A DNA stretch of 64,000 nucleotides from a virus (IMGVR_UViG_3300013947_000021:128001-192000); one strand, 5' to 3'. Positions 1-10,490 are shown, counted from the first letter of the stretch. Notes: generated from the letters alone by a model not told the origin. A program made the numbers and translations.

Positions 1-1
1 T

Positions 2-1255
2 ATTCTTTAAAACTTCTTCATGATCAAGGTCTCCATCCCATTTAGAATCACTAGAAACTACTTCATCATAATCAAGATAATTAGTTCCAGATCTTATATA
101 ATCATTAAGATCATCTTCAAGAGGAAGTTTAAGAAATTTAAGAGTATATTCTTTTTCAAGATCTTCATTTCCATCTTCATCGGTAGCAGTGACATATTCT
201 CCAGTAGTCAGATCAATATTTCTATCTCTAAGTAGATAATACTTAAAGATCTTTATATTATTAAATCCAAATAAAGAGCATATGTCTACCATACATTTTG
301 ATGTAGATTTATACTTCAATAAAGTATGAAGATTCTTTACCATACTTATTTGATATTTAAGAGGAATCCTTTCAAAGAAAGGAATTCCATTCGATCTAAA
401 TATATATTCAACTGATCGTATATCAAATATTTCTTTTCTAGCAATAAATTCTTGTACTCTAGATATAATATCAATCATAGTTATAAGTACAATAAATATT
501 GCTATAAAATTATCATAATAAGCAGAATCATACTTATAAGCTTCTGAATAAACAGTTCTAAGTACATAAAATTTATTCTCATCAAGTCTATCCTTATACA
601 TCTTTTCTATAGCATCAGAATCTACACTAGGTACATATAAAGGATCAAATCTTTGAGATTTTCTGGCAAGATAATAATCTATTTTCTTTTTTCCAAGAAA
701 TCTCATATATTGTCTATTCTTAGGATCTTCTTTCATCATTCTATCAAGAACACCATATCTATCAAGAAGTAATACCTCGGAATTATCCATTTCATGAATA
801 GGCTTAGTTAAGTCAATATTGATTCCATCCGGTGGAATCCAATCTGTAACATAATCTTCTTTTCCTAAAGCAGGTAATCCATGCAGCATTCTATAATAAG
901 AATTCATTTCAACATATTTTGATATAAATTCTTCATTCATAGCTTTAACTACAAGAGCTTTCTTATCTTCAGGAAGTTTATTAGGATAAGATAAATAATA
1001 ATTAACACTAACAGAATCCACTATACCAGCAGAAGCTAATGCTGATATAGATATACCTGGATATAAATCAATAGTTGCAGTTCCTTCTATAGCAGAAATA
1101 TAAATTCCTGCTTGTTTTAAAGATTCAAGAGTTTCATTATCATCAGCTTGCTGCTGCATTTTCAATACTGTTCCCATAGCAAGAGTTTTAGTATAATATA
1201 CCATCTCATCTACATATGGATTTTCTGTATATATCTTACTAATCTCGAAAGACAA
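2..1255 (-). CDS. Large probable virion structural protein, N-terminal part (runs off left edge)
   Basis: Not in ORF track. TTG start at 1255 after GAGAAGGTG, reading MSFEISKIYTENPYVDEMVYYTK...; appears open to the window edge; CACA-N6-TA promoter variant at 1284-1295. Confidence 0.6.
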   Translation of the reverse strand, partial: MSFEISKIYTENPYVDEMVYYTKTLAMGTVLKMQQQADDNETLESLKQAGIYISAIEGTATIDLYPGISISALASAGIVDSVSVNYYLSYPNKLPEDKKALVVKAMNEEFISKYVEMNSYYRMLHGLPALGKEDYVTDWIPPDGINIDLTKPIHEMDNSEVLLLDRYGVLDRMMKEDPKNRQYMRFLGKKKIDYYLARKSQRFDPLYVPSVDSDAIEKMYKDRLDENKFYVLRTVYSEAYKYDSAYYDNFIAIFIVLITMIDIISRVQEFIARKEIFDIRSVEYIFRSNGIPFFERIPLKYQISMVKNLHTLLKYKSTSKCMVDICSLFGFNNIKIFKYYLLRDRNIDLTTGEYVTATDEDGNEDLEKEYTLKFLKLPLEDDLNDYIRSGTNYLDYDEVVSSDSKWDGDLDHEEVLKN

Positions 1256-1346
1256 TTAAACACCTTCTCTCGATAATTTAATTTATTGATATGTGAGCTT
1301 ATTAAAAATAAGATGAATAGCTCTTATAGGATATGAATATGATTTT

Positions 1347-1358
1347 AACATTTTTGTA
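1347..1358 (+). promoter_or_regulatory. Late/non-virion-RNAP-type promoter AACA-N6-TA
   Basis: AACA TTTTTG TA upstream of SD AGGAGGTG of ORF 1381; same pattern as the AR9 late promoter consensus. Confidence 0.65.
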
Positions 1359-1380
1359 ATATCATATAGGAGGTGATAAA

Positions 1381-2046
1381 ATGGGCAATTATAATCCGGT
1401 ACCAGGCATTGAATCTTATCAAGAGAATGCTAATCCGGTATTAAGTAGTCCAAATAGTGTATATGCTATAAGTTTCTATCAAACTAGAGATACTCTAATG
1501 GATATAGATACTTATAGAGTATTCCTAAAAAATTGCGAATCTAGATTTAGACATTCTGTTACATATACAAACTATAAAGGATATTTAATTGATATAGGAA
1601 TGAATAGATGCCAAGTGCATGGATATATTACATCTGATATGGAAGGTGTAAGTATCGAAATGCATCATGCTATTCTAACTTTATTTGATATATGCCTTTT
1701 AATTACAGAGCATATGCTTAATACTGTAGGATATGTAACTACATTTGATGTGGTTCAGGCTTTAAAAGAAGAGCATAAGGCTAATAATATAGCTCTTGTT
1801 ATGCTCTCTAAAACTCCTCATCAAATGTATCATGCAGAATCTTCTCAGTTTTTTATTCATCCTAGTATGTGCTTTGGAAATTGGCCTAAATTATTAGAGA
1901 AATATAAATTAGGCTTAACTCAGGACGTAGCTTTCAAAGTATTATATTATTTAAAGAAAGCTATAGAAACTGAAGGCACAACTGATAATGGATTATTAAA
2001 TTTGAGAGAAAAAATAAAAGAATGGAGTGGTTATTGCAATGCTTGA
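1381..2046 (+). CDS. HNH-like fold protein, paralogue of 11321..12037
   Basis: RCQVHG...SIEMHH...VMLSKTPHQMYH pattern; strong SD. Confidence 0.55.
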   Translation: MGNYNPVPGIESYQENANPVLSSPNSVYAISFYQTRDTLMDIDTYRVFLKNCESRFRHSVTYTNYKGYLIDIGMNRCQVHGYITSDMEGVSIEMHHAILTLFDICLLITEHMLNTVGYVTTFDVVQALKEEHKANNIALVMLSKTPHQMYHAESSQFFIHPSMCFGNWPKLLEKYKLGLTQDVAFKVLYYLKKAIETEGTTDNGLLNLREKIKEWSGYCNA

Positions 2047-2470
2047 TATGGTAATTATTGTACCATGTATTATAATTACATTGGCAGTATTATTAGCAAC
2101 AATTATTTGGGCTATTTGGCTTAATAATAGACATAATATAAAATTGGAGGAATTGGAGAAATATAAACTCCATCTTCAAACTAGAGTAAATGATATTCCT
2201 ACTATGCTTGAAGATCTTATTAATGAATCATTCATAGATTATAATGCTAAATACCTTGCATCATATACTGCATATATTACAGAAGAAAAAGAAAAAGAAA
2301 TTAGAACTGAATTAATTGATGTAATACTTGCTAGAATGTCTGATGTAGTATTGGAGAAACTTTATACATATTATAATCCAAAGGAAATTGGAAGTATTCT
2401 CGCTGATAAGATATATATTCTTGTATCTGAATATACTATACAGCATAATGAAAAGATTCTTAGTAAGTAA
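2039..2470 (+). CDS. Membrane-anchored hypothetical protein
   Basis: N-terminal hydrophobic helix; ATG at 2039 follows GGAG and overlaps the upstream gene end. Confidence 0.6.
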   Translation: MLDMVIIVPCIIITLAVLLATIIWAIWLNNRHNIKLEELEKYKLHLQTRVNDIPTMLEDLINESFIDYNAKYLASYTAYITEEKEKEIRTELIDVILARMSDVVLEKLYTYYNPKEIGSILADKIYILVSEYTIQHNEKILSK

Positions 2471-2494
2471 AAAAATAAATTGCTATAAGATTAT

Positions 2495-2527
2495 ATATCC
2501 CCATAGGTTACCAACCTATGGGGATAT
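2495..2527. terminator. Terminator hairpin between convergent genes
   Basis: ATATCCCCATAGGTT/AACCTATGGGGATAT 15-bp inverted repeat. Confidence 0.75.
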
Positions 2528-2534
2528 GTTTTCT

Positions 2535-2735
2535 TTAGTTGAAAAGTGCATCGAGTTCATCAAGAGCTTCATCAACACTCTTATTGTTCGCTTCGATCTG
2601 TTTTCCAGATTCGAAGAGCTCTTTTTCAAGCTCAGTATGTCTTTCTGCCATCATTTTTTCTCTTTTCATTATTTCTTCTATATATTGATCGTAGCTCTCT
2701 TTAAACACTTTAGGTCCATATTTCCTTTTTCTCAT
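2535..2735 (-). CDS. Small coiled-coil hypothetical protein (early operon)
   Basis: 66 aa, GAGG SD, ATGA overlap with upstream small ORF. Confidence 0.65.
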   Translation of the reverse strand: MRKRKYGPKVFKESYDQYIEEIMKREKMMAERHTELEKELFESGKQIEANNKSVDEALDELDALFN

Positions 2736-2911
2736 TTTACTATTACCTCTTTCTTCTCATTTGCTTCAGCTAATCTTCTGAAATAATCAGCTACTGCTGC
2801 TCTAAGTTCAGCATTGCTGGGAACGTTATTGCTAGTGTCGTTTCTCTGATTGGTATAGGTGAGGTTTCTTTCAACCTCATGGTTTTCGTGAATTTCTCCG
2901 AATCTTCTCAT
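2732..2911 (-). CDS. Small hypothetical early protein, 59 aa
   Basis: Not in ORF track. AAGGAG SD, MRRFGEIHENHEVERNLTYTNQRNDTSNNVPSNAELRAAVADYFRRLAEANEKKEVIVK, directly after an early promoter. Confidence 0.7.
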   Translation of the reverse strand: MRRFGEIHENHEVERNLTYTNQRNDTSNNVPSNAELRAAVADYFRRLAEANEKKEVIVK

Positions 2912-2958
2912 TGTTATTTCTCCTTAAGTTTTTGCATATATTAATATATGCTTATTTA

Positions 2959-2975
2959 TTCATAATTATAATATA
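2959..2975 (-). promoter_or_regulatory. Early-type promoter motif TATATTATAATTATGAA
   Basis: One of 12 copies of the 17-bp motif, each upstream of a non-structural gene or RNA. Confidence 0.7.
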
Positions 2976-3049
2976 CAACTATATTTAAAGAGATTTACAA
3001 ATACAAAAAAAAATAAAGAGGATGCATTTAAGCATCCTCTTTTGAATTT

Positions 3050-3868
3050 TTATTTAAAGTATATTGAAGCTAATATTCTATTGAAGAATCTCAGTATATT
3101 TTCATTATAGGATATATCCAATAGATCTTTATCACTCTCTGTTACTAAGTCGGTGTACAATGGCGTTACAATAGAAAAAGATGGATTCAACCTAAACATC
3201 GAACCTGCATTCAATTCTCTATAGTATCCAAGCTTCATATCCTTGTTAATGTATTTCCGGTGTACATTATTCAACAAGTTGATAGCCATCTGGACTCCAT
3301 TCATCTGTATAGTATAACAGAGCTCGGATACAAAGTCTAGCATATATTCTTTATGATAAATATCTGCTTCTCCTAAGCCCTTAGTGTCTAGAACTTCCTT
3401 TTTTGTAACTGGATCATAAAAGTAGAAGAAGTCTACTCCTATCCCAGCATTATTGAATAGCATATTTGGCGTGGCATAGAATGATGTATAGGTTGCAGCC
3501 AATCTAAATACAACTCGTTCAGATACAGCTTGGAATTTCGCCTCCCTTCCTATAGTAGTTATAGCATCATTGCGTATGCTCAATATATCAGAATCTAAAA
3601 ATTCATTTTTTGTAATGAAGAATTTTCGTGCTTCTTCAATACCATTCTTAAGAATTTCGGTAAGATGTGGGTTCTTAGCTCGCATCTTACCCATCATGAT
3701 ATTTCTTTCAAGTTTTGGTGCTTGATACAAATATTGATATAAATCCTCAGAAATTGCATTCTTATCTCTTAGCACATTTATATTTGCTTTAGATAAGTCG
3801 TACTCATAAATTGGTGTATCTATAAGATATTGAATGTTTGCTCTATAAAGAACTTTGTCCCAAATCAT
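3050..3868 (-). CDS. Small DNA-polymerase-palm-like protein (family-A-like motifs)
   Basis: IYEYDLSKAN (motif-A-like) and ILSIRNDAI (motif-C-like) in 272 aa. Confidence 0.45.
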   Translation of the reverse strand: MIWDKVLYRANIQYLIDTPIYEYDLSKANINVLRDKNAISEDLYQYLYQAPKLERNIMMGKMRAKNPHLTEILKNGIEEARKFFITKNEFLDSDILSIRNDAITTIGREAKFQAVSERVVFRLAATYTSFYATPNMLFNNAGIGVDFFYFYDPVTKKEVLDTKGLGEADIYHKEYMLDFVSELCYTIQMNGVQMAINLLNNVHRKYINKDMKLGYYRELNAGSMFRLNPSFSIVTPLYTDLVTESDKDLLDISYNENILRFFNRILASIYFK

Positions 3869-4392
3869 ATAGCATACTCATCCTCTGTATAATAGCCTGA
3901 ACCGTACATCATTTCTCGATATCGGTTGACATCCTGATCTATATTTTGAACTCCATTTACATTCATGAAATCTGGATCATCTATACTTAGGAAATCTTCA
4001 GGTTCATATATATAAAAGATTTCATATCCATATCTCTGTTGAATTAGTTTTGCTAATGACTCAGAGATTGCATTTCGATATGGAGAATCTTCTATAAGAA
4101 CTTGTACTAATGAGTCTGGTTCCATATAAGCTGGAATCATTATACTCATAAAATCTACAAATGCACTATTGTTGTTTAAGATATACTGATGATATGCAAT
4201 ATCAAAATCAGCAGTATCACAACTTCCATTTAGTACATCTTCAGGAATATTATCTATAGATGGAATAAGAGAGTTTAAGTTTATAACTCCATCAGAATAA
4301 TATGATGTAAGATTATATACATAAACTCTCTTAATACCTTTTCTCTCCAAATAATATTCTGGTATTCTCAAAATATTTGTGAATATTATCAT
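3865..4392 (-). CDS. Hypothetical protein
   Basis: 175 aa, coupled by overlaps to neighbours; weak resemblance to 4389..5063. Confidence 0.7.
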   Translation of the reverse strand: MIIFTNILRIPEYYLERKGIKRVYVYNLTSYYSDGVINLNSLIPSIDNIPEDVLNGSCDTADFDIAYHQYILNNNSAFVDFMSIMIPAYMEPDSLVQVLIEDSPYRNAISESLAKLIQQRYGYEIFYIYEPEDFLSIDDPDFMNVNGVQNIDQDVNRYREMMYGSGYYTEDEYAI

Positions 4393-5063
4393 ATGCTTAC
4401 TAATGGATCAATAAGAGGTTTATTAGCCTGTCTCATTGCTTCCTTTACATAATTGAAGTATTCTTCATAATGCTGATAATCCTTAACTGGTACACATGGA
4501 TTTATATCATATGCTAATTTAGGAATAATATTAGGATTAATCGGATTAATCGGATGATTAGTCATAAATGTCATATAGTCTATATATCCATAACTATATA
4601 ATCTAGCCAGCATTGGAGGTAATGCATCATTAAGAATTATACTTCCATTTTCAGTTACAATTATACCATAATTATCTTGAAGAATATTTATAAACATTGC
4701 TGGAAATTCTGTTTGCATTTCATCCTTGCCAAATGAAATTCCAATCAGATTATTTCCAAACATTGCTGCTGTTACCATAATAGCAATATATCTATCTGGT
4801 ATTTCTGTTGCAAGATATGATGCATAAATATCTCTTGCAGCATATCTATCATCATTAAAGAATGACTGCACAGCTTCAAATGGAGGAAGTAAAGCTGTAG
4901 CACTATTGATTAATGGATGATTTCTCATCTCTGGATTTATAGAATCTGATTCGGCGATAAATATAAGTTTACCGCCAGAATTCAGAAAATCTATTTGATG
5001 ATTCTCATTTACATAACAGAGATGAATGGGCCTACTATCTCTTGGTAATGGAATCATATTCAT
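4389..5063 (-). CDS. Hypothetical protein
   Basis: 224 aa ORF in operon. Confidence 0.7.
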   Translation of the reverse strand: MNMIPLPRDSRPIHLCYVNENHQIDFLNSGGKLIFIAESDSINPEMRNHPLINSATALLPPFEAVQSFFNDDRYAARDIYASYLATEIPDRYIAIMVTAAMFGNNLIGISFGKDEMQTEFPAMFINILQDNYGIIVTENGSIILNDALPPMLARLYSYGYIDYMTFMTNHPINPINPNIIPKLAYDINPCVPVKDYQHYEEYFNYVKEAMRQANKPLIDPLVSI

Positions 5064-5070
5064 AATCTAC

Positions 5071-6960
5071 TCAGTCTCCCTCTTCTTCATTAGGACGGAA
5101 CCTCTTAATATGCTTTCCTGTTCCAGACTTGATTCTATACTTAGGAATATTTTCATATTCTTCAAATTCATTATCGTAATCATTAAGATCATCTCTATGA
5201 TCAAGATCATCACGAGTTACGATATTTCCATTTGTATTAGAATAACTCATATTAGTATCCTCGCTTTCATCGTCTTTATTGTCTTCCTCAGTATCTTCTT
5301 CTGAAGTTTCATCACTATCATATTCTTCATCTTCAGACACTTCCTCAGATTCTTCATTATTGCCAGAAACTTCATCAGCATCTGCAGATTCAATTATATC
5401 AGAATTAGTATTGTCTTCTGTTTCTTCATTTTCATCAGAAGATGCAATTTCAAATGTATTATTATCAGTTACATCTTCATCAGTAGATTCATCAGATTTA
5501 CTTTCTTCTGCAAGCTGCTTAATCTTTTCAACTTCTTCGTCTTCATTTACATTTTCATCTTTGTACTTGAAGTTGAAGAGCTGCTTAATCTTAGCAATAG
5601 TTGCAACAATATCGCCCTTATTCTTATAAATGATCTCAAGAAGTTTAAGCTGATATCCTTCAGCAGCATTCGCAGGATCAAAATACTTTGCGATATCTTC
5701 AAATGTAGGAATCTTGTTTTCCTTTGTATAAGAATTCTGATTGTTATTATTGAATTTATTATTAAGCTTGGATTTCTTAATACGGTCCATTTCATTAAGA
5801 ACAACTTCCTGGCTCTTAATAGAAATTTCCTTACCGTCATCATTAGTAATGACACTAGATGCTTTATTCTTATAATCATCCATAGCTGCATTAAATTCTG
5901 CAGAATCAGAATAATTAGTTACATTATTCTGAATAGGAGTATTTCTCTTAATGATATTATTCATAGCATTAAGAACAACATCTCTTGCGCTCACAGCAGT
6001 ATTATTACCGTTCTGTGTTGCAGGAGCTCCATTATTGGTAGAAGAATTATTAATCGGAATTCTAATAAGTTCAGGCTTCATAGATTCATTTGTCTCCTTT
6101 TCGATTTTAGGTTCAGGTTTCTTCATAGTAGAAGTGGTTTCATAGTTGCTAGCAATTACCTTGTTTCCGTACATAAGTGTGATTTTCATTGTATTTTCTC
6201 CTCTTACTAATTTAATATTTTTCTGATTGGTTTGCCCTACTTCAGAAGCAGGGTATATTTTTCCACATTTATAGCATACTAGATGGTTAAAGCCTTTATC
6301 ATAATCTATTTCCCCATCACAGCATTCACCAGTATCTGTGGGCTTAGTACAATATAATTTATTGTGATCTAGTTTATAAAGATATGGATAATCGAGTAGA
6401 ACCGGCCCAAATCCTAATCGAATTCCCCAGTTCATAAAATACTTAGAACCTATATCCTCCATAATATATTCTCCAAGTATTTTATTTACTATTACTTCAT
6501 AAATATCTCCAGCTACTTCTTTGAATTCTTCCTCATTCTTAATAGGAAATACTTTCTCAGAAAAAGCAACTGTACCACATGGTGTAACTTCAAATGTCTT
6601 TGCAACAAAAGGTTTTAACAAAAATTGATTTCTGAATTCAGCAGGATTATCATTTAATGCTACTCTATCCATTGCAATCTTTGCTATAAATCTATCATCT
6701 GTTGTACATTTATATATAACTCTATTTGTTCCTGCAGAAAATCTCTTAAATCCTCTATTCTGCATTATAGCATCTATGAGTCTATATTTCTCTTTAACTT
6801 TTCCATTTAAAGATGCACTTGTTGCTATACGATTTAATTCTCCAATATCCATTGGTGATAAATAACTAGATATTGGTGGAACAGTCATCGTATCAAAATT
6901 GATTTCAGATATAGACATATTTTGAGATTGTAATATGTCGTAATCTTTTATAATCGCCAT
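5071..6960 (-). CDS. Protein-kinase-like domain plus Cys zinc-ribbon plus long acidic C-terminal region
   Basis: SAGTNRVIY (Gly loop), FIAKIA, EDIG...NWG, PVLLDYPY; C...C and CYKC; D/E-rich tail. Confidence 0.6.
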   Translation of the reverse strand: MAIIKDYDILQSQNMSISEINFDTMTVPPISSYLSPMDIGELNRIATSASLNGKVKEKYRLIDAIMQNRGFKRFSAGTNRVIYKCTTDDRFIAKIAMDRVALNDNPAEFRNQFLLKPFVAKTFEVTPCGTVAFSEKVFPIKNEEEFKEVAGDIYEVIVNKILGEYIMEDIGSKYFMNWGIRLGFGPVLLDYPYLYKLDHNKLYCTKPTDTGECCDGEIDYDKGFNHLVCYKCGKIYPASEVGQTNQKNIKLVRGENTMKITLMYGNKVIASNYETTSTMKKPEPKIEKETNESMKPELIRIPINNSSTNNGAPATQNGNNTAVSARDVVLNAMNNIIKRNTPIQNNVTNYSDSAEFNAAMDDYKNKASSVITNDDGKEISIKSQEVVLNEMDRIKKSKLNNKFNNNNQNSYTKENKIPTFEDIAKYFDPANAAEGYQLKLLEIIYKNKGDIVATIAKIKQLFNFKYKDENVNEDEEVEKIKQLAEESKSDESTDEDVTDNNTFEIASSDENEETEDNTNSDIIESADADEVSGNNEESEEVSEDEEYDSDETSEEDTEEDNKDDESEDTNMSYSNTNGNIVTRDDLDHRDDLNDYDNEFEEYENIPKYRIKSGTGKHIKRFRPNEEEGD

Positions 6961-6975
6961 ATTATTTCACCATCC

Positions 6976-9213
6976 TTATAGTGGAAGATCATTCGAGTGC
7001 AAAGATCTATAAAATTCATCTTTTGCTCGATCTTTAAATCTTGCTACAAAGTTTGGTGGAACTACTGTTGTTTGTGCTAATGCCTCCTTATTTTCTCTAT
7101 CTATTTCTTCATCTGTCTTAAAGTCATCAAAGTTCTCAGGGCAAGTCAGGAACATTTGACCACTTTGAGGATCATATGAGAATGATTTAGCTATATTTGG
7201 ATTATTACCAGGGCTTACAGGTCTTCCATCTGGCATAACTCCATAAGATCCGTAAATTCTTCCTATATGTGTTTCCCTTTCTGTATTAAAATTATAATTT
7301 GTATTATCTCGTAAATAATTCATAAACCCATCAGGATTATAGACTTTACGAATATCCCTTCGATGCAATGACCTTATTTCAGCCATTTTATACATCATTC
7401 CTATTTGGTTAAATGCATCTCCATATAGATATGCATCTCCGCCTACACCATAAAACATTCGCTCTGGAGCAGAATTTCTAATAGCTTCAAACTGCCGCTG
7501 CATCATAATCTTATTTTGCTCAAATCTCATAAGCTCATAATTATTTACACGGCCACAATATTTTCTGCGATCTGCTTCAATACGCTTTCTTCTCTTAATC
7601 GGATCTGTTTCAGGAGTAAGAGTGATTATCTTAGTCTTTTCATCCAATGTTGCATTCCATACTGGAATATAATCATAGTTCTGCTTATCTGCTGTAAATC
7701 TATTATCATTTTCCTCCTCTTTAACTTCAGGATATGGATCAGGATCAAATAAAGTCTTTTCAAGAGTCTCTATTTCTTCTTTACTCTTATCTTCATAATT
7801 GCACATCCATATGATCTGCTTGCAAAGAGCTATCTGAGTTCTTAACTGAGAAACAAAATTAACTCTATTGCGGGTATTCTTTTCAAAATATGCACATGCT
7901 TCAGGATTAATGTTGCAGATATTCCTTATAAGAGCATCCATATTTCTAATACTCTTTAAGAAATTATCTTCATCAATCATATCTTCGATAAATCCTTCAC
8001 CAGTTATAGGATTATACATTCTTCCATAAGTATAATCACCTGTATTATGGCAAGGAATATAATCTGAATCAGGTCTTGAATTAGGATTATACCAAGGGGA
8101 CATCATAACTCCACGCTCAAGTAACTGATCTTGAGTCGGAAGTCCATATGAGCCTAAAAGATGAGGAGCAATATATTCAGGCTGTCTTTCTGTACCAGGA
8201 ACTTTATATCCATATATAGGACGGCCATATATATCTACTCCAGCTAAAGAAACTTGATTAAAACTCGGACCATTATTTACAGACCCATACATACTATTAG
8301 GCTGATAATAGTATCCAGGCTGATAAATATTTTGAGGTCCATTATATCTGTATCCCTGATTTGTACCATAGACAATTTCTTCGATGCTACGATTTCTTTC
8401 AGGTCTTGTAGGAAAATTAGTATTTCCATACTGAGATTGCTGCGCATAAGTCGGCACTGTATTAATCTGCTGCTGCGGATAATATGGTTTATAAGAAAAC
8501 ATAGTATTCATCTGAGGCTGAGGAGTATATTGTGGCTGCTGAGCCTGCTGCGGATAATATGGCTGATATGAGAATGCTGGATTTTGTGGTATTACTTGCG
8601 GTTGCTGATATTGTGGAATCTGCTGATACATCTGCTGTGGTGTTGGAGCAGAATTATAATAGAAACTATTAGTAACCTGCTGCGGCTGTAGACTAGGAGC
8701 TCTTGTATTATCAAGAACTCTACCAAGAAAATCTGGTTCGGTATATGGAACTAATTTATGCTTAATTCCATATTCATAAACAGATTGTGGCTGCTGTTCA
8801 TTAGAATTAATATTAGGTGTATTTTGTGTTTCCATTTGCGTATTTTGCAGTTGCCTCATTTTATCTCTTTCATCACAGAATTGCATATAATCTTCGTATG
8901 CTTCTTCCTCTTCTTTTCGTCTTTTTTCTTCAGCTTGCTGATATTCTTCTTCAGAGAGAAGTTTTACATCAGCATCTGGGATAGCTCCTGCAGTAGCAGC
9001 ACTAATATAATTATTAATCGCTTCCTGTCCTTGAGCTTTTACCTCATCTGGTATTTTAATATCAAAATGCTCTATTTTGGCATTAGGTGATGGAATATAT
9101 CCTCCATTCATCATACCACCAAAATCAAGATTTCCTGTTCTCGGATTATTAGCAACGGAATCTAGCATTGCCTCTACTTCCGGAGATACATACTGCTTAA
9201 GTATCTCGTGCAT
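6976..9213 (-). CDS. Hypothetical protein with Q/P/Y/N-rich low-complexity region
   Basis: 745 aa; AAAGGA SD; FSYQPYYPQQ/FSYKPYYPQQ repeat. Confidence 0.75.
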   Translation of the reverse strand: MHEILKQYVSPEVEAMLDSVANNPRTGNLDFGGMMNGGYIPSPNAKIEHFDIKIPDEVKAQGQEAINNYISAATAGAIPDADVKLLSEEEYQQAEEKRRKEEEEAYEDYMQFCDERDKMRQLQNTQMETQNTPNINSNEQQPQSVYEYGIKHKLVPYTEPDFLGRVLDNTRAPSLQPQQVTNSFYYNSAPTPQQMYQQIPQYQQPQVIPQNPAFSYQPYYPQQAQQPQYTPQPQMNTMFSYKPYYPQQQINTVPTYAQQSQYGNTNFPTRPERNRSIEEIVYGTNQGYRYNGPQNIYQPGYYYQPNSMYGSVNNGPSFNQVSLAGVDIYGRPIYGYKVPGTERQPEYIAPHLLGSYGLPTQDQLLERGVMMSPWYNPNSRPDSDYIPCHNTGDYTYGRMYNPITGEGFIEDMIDEDNFLKSIRNMDALIRNICNINPEACAYFEKNTRNRVNFVSQLRTQIALCKQIIWMCNYEDKSKEEIETLEKTLFDPDPYPEVKEEENDNRFTADKQNYDYIPVWNATLDEKTKIITLTPETDPIKRRKRIEADRRKYCGRVNNYELMRFEQNKIMMQRQFEAIRNSAPERMFYGVGGDAYLYGDAFNQIGMMYKMAEIRSLHRRDIRKVYNPDGFMNYLRDNTNYNFNTERETHIGRIYGSYGVMPDGRPVSPGNNPNIAKSFSYDPQSGQMFLTCPENFDDFKTDEEIDRENKEALAQTTVVPPNFVARFKDRAKDEFYRSLHSNDLPL

Positions 9214-9244
9214 GGTTTGTATATCATCCTTTCAATTATTTAAA

Positions 9245-9697
9245 TTAACTATCAATTCTTGTAAGCATTACCGTGAGTAAATATAAATACTCATGTAATG
9301 ACTGAAGGAAATATGCATCTTGTTCACTTATAAGTTTATGCCTCTCTTTCAATTTCTCTGGGAACTCAAATATGGATTTTATTGTATATCCAGTTATATA
9401 AGTTCCATTTATTAATGCCTTTAAATACATTAATATAGTATCTACTTCAGTTTGATATTCATCATCTTCTGATAGAAGTTCTCTTATGTATGATTGAATA
9501 TCGATTCGTATTCGATTAATCATTTTCTCTCTAAAATGATTAACAACTTTAGGATCTTTATTTTTCTTAATATTTGTAGAATAAGATATGCAATATCTTA
9601 AAGTAGTATTTGCACTAAGAAAAAGTCCGACCCCTTTATCTGTAAATTTCTTGCTGCTTGTAGTAAACCGATCAAAAATTGCTCCACTTTCTAACAT
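9245..9697 (-). CDS. Hypothetical protein
   Basis: 150 aa, AAGGAG SD. Confidence 0.7.
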   Translation of the reverse strand: MLESGAIFDRFTTSSKKFTDKGVGLFLSANTTLRYCISYSTNIKKNKDPKVVNHFREKMINRIRIDIQSYIRELLSEDDEYQTEVDTILMYLKALINGTYITGYTIKSIFEFPEKLKERHKLISEQDAYFLQSLHEYLYLLTVMLTRIDS

Positions 9698-9712
9698 GAT
9701 AATTTCTCCTTT

Positions 9713-10441
9713 TTATCTACGTAATATTGTATTACGATCTATTAAATTTAAATATTTCTTAACTTTATCTGCGCGAATAAAATATGTCATAGGATCTTCT
9801 CCTATGACCGTTATATTTTCAGATGGTACTTCTATTCGTTGATTGATATAGTCATATAATACTGCTCGTGAAGTATTATCTACTAAATCATTATACTTGC
9901 ATAAATATTCCATATTTACTCCAAGATATTCTGGAGCTATACCATTCTCATGTATAAATGATCGTTTAGCATCATTTATATTGCATGTAGATCTATGATC
10001 TAATACATGTCCTCTTTGGTGATAGAATTCTACTTTCATATCATTAGAGACTATTGTATTAAATACTTGAATAAATCTTTGTTGATTTAAAACTGGATTT
10101 CCTTGTGCTGAATAAAGTATATTATTATTCATATTCTTTATCCAGCTAGGAATCCATTCTCTTAATCCAAAAATAGATATTCTTGAATCTGAAAATATTC
10201 TAAATAGAATATTCTTATCTTTTTGATATAATTCAGCCGCTTTATTTACTGCTGTGAGTATTGCTAGGATTTCTGCTGAATTATTTGTTGCATTTTTTTC
10301 AATTGTACAAATTACATCCTCATATGAATGTAAAACTTGTTGTGTCTTAAAATCTTGTACAGACATTGAGTATGCTGCGCAAGCAATCTTAAGAGGTGCA
10401 TCAATAGATGCATCACAATAAAAATTAATAATTTTGTCCAT
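9713..10441 (-). CDS. rnhA: Ribonuclease HI
   Basis: YCDAS, TNNSAEILA, IFSDS, HQRGH, NDLVD: RNase H acidic tetrad. Confidence 0.85.
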   Translation of the reverse strand: MDKIINFYCDASIDAPLKIACAAYSMSVQDFKTQQVLHSYEDVICTIEKNATNNSAEILAILTAVNKAAELYQKDKNILFRIFSDSRISIFGLREWIPSWIKNMNNNILYSAQGNPVLNQQRFIQVFNTIVSNDMKVEFYHQRGHVLDHRSTCNINDAKRSFIHENGIAPEYLGVNMEYLCKYNDLVDNTSRAVLYDYINQRIEVPSENITVIGEDPMTYFIRADKVKKYLNLIDRNTILRR

Positions 10442-10490
10442 GATAAACTCCTCATATATTTAAAATTAAGTAAGATAAATAATAATCTTA

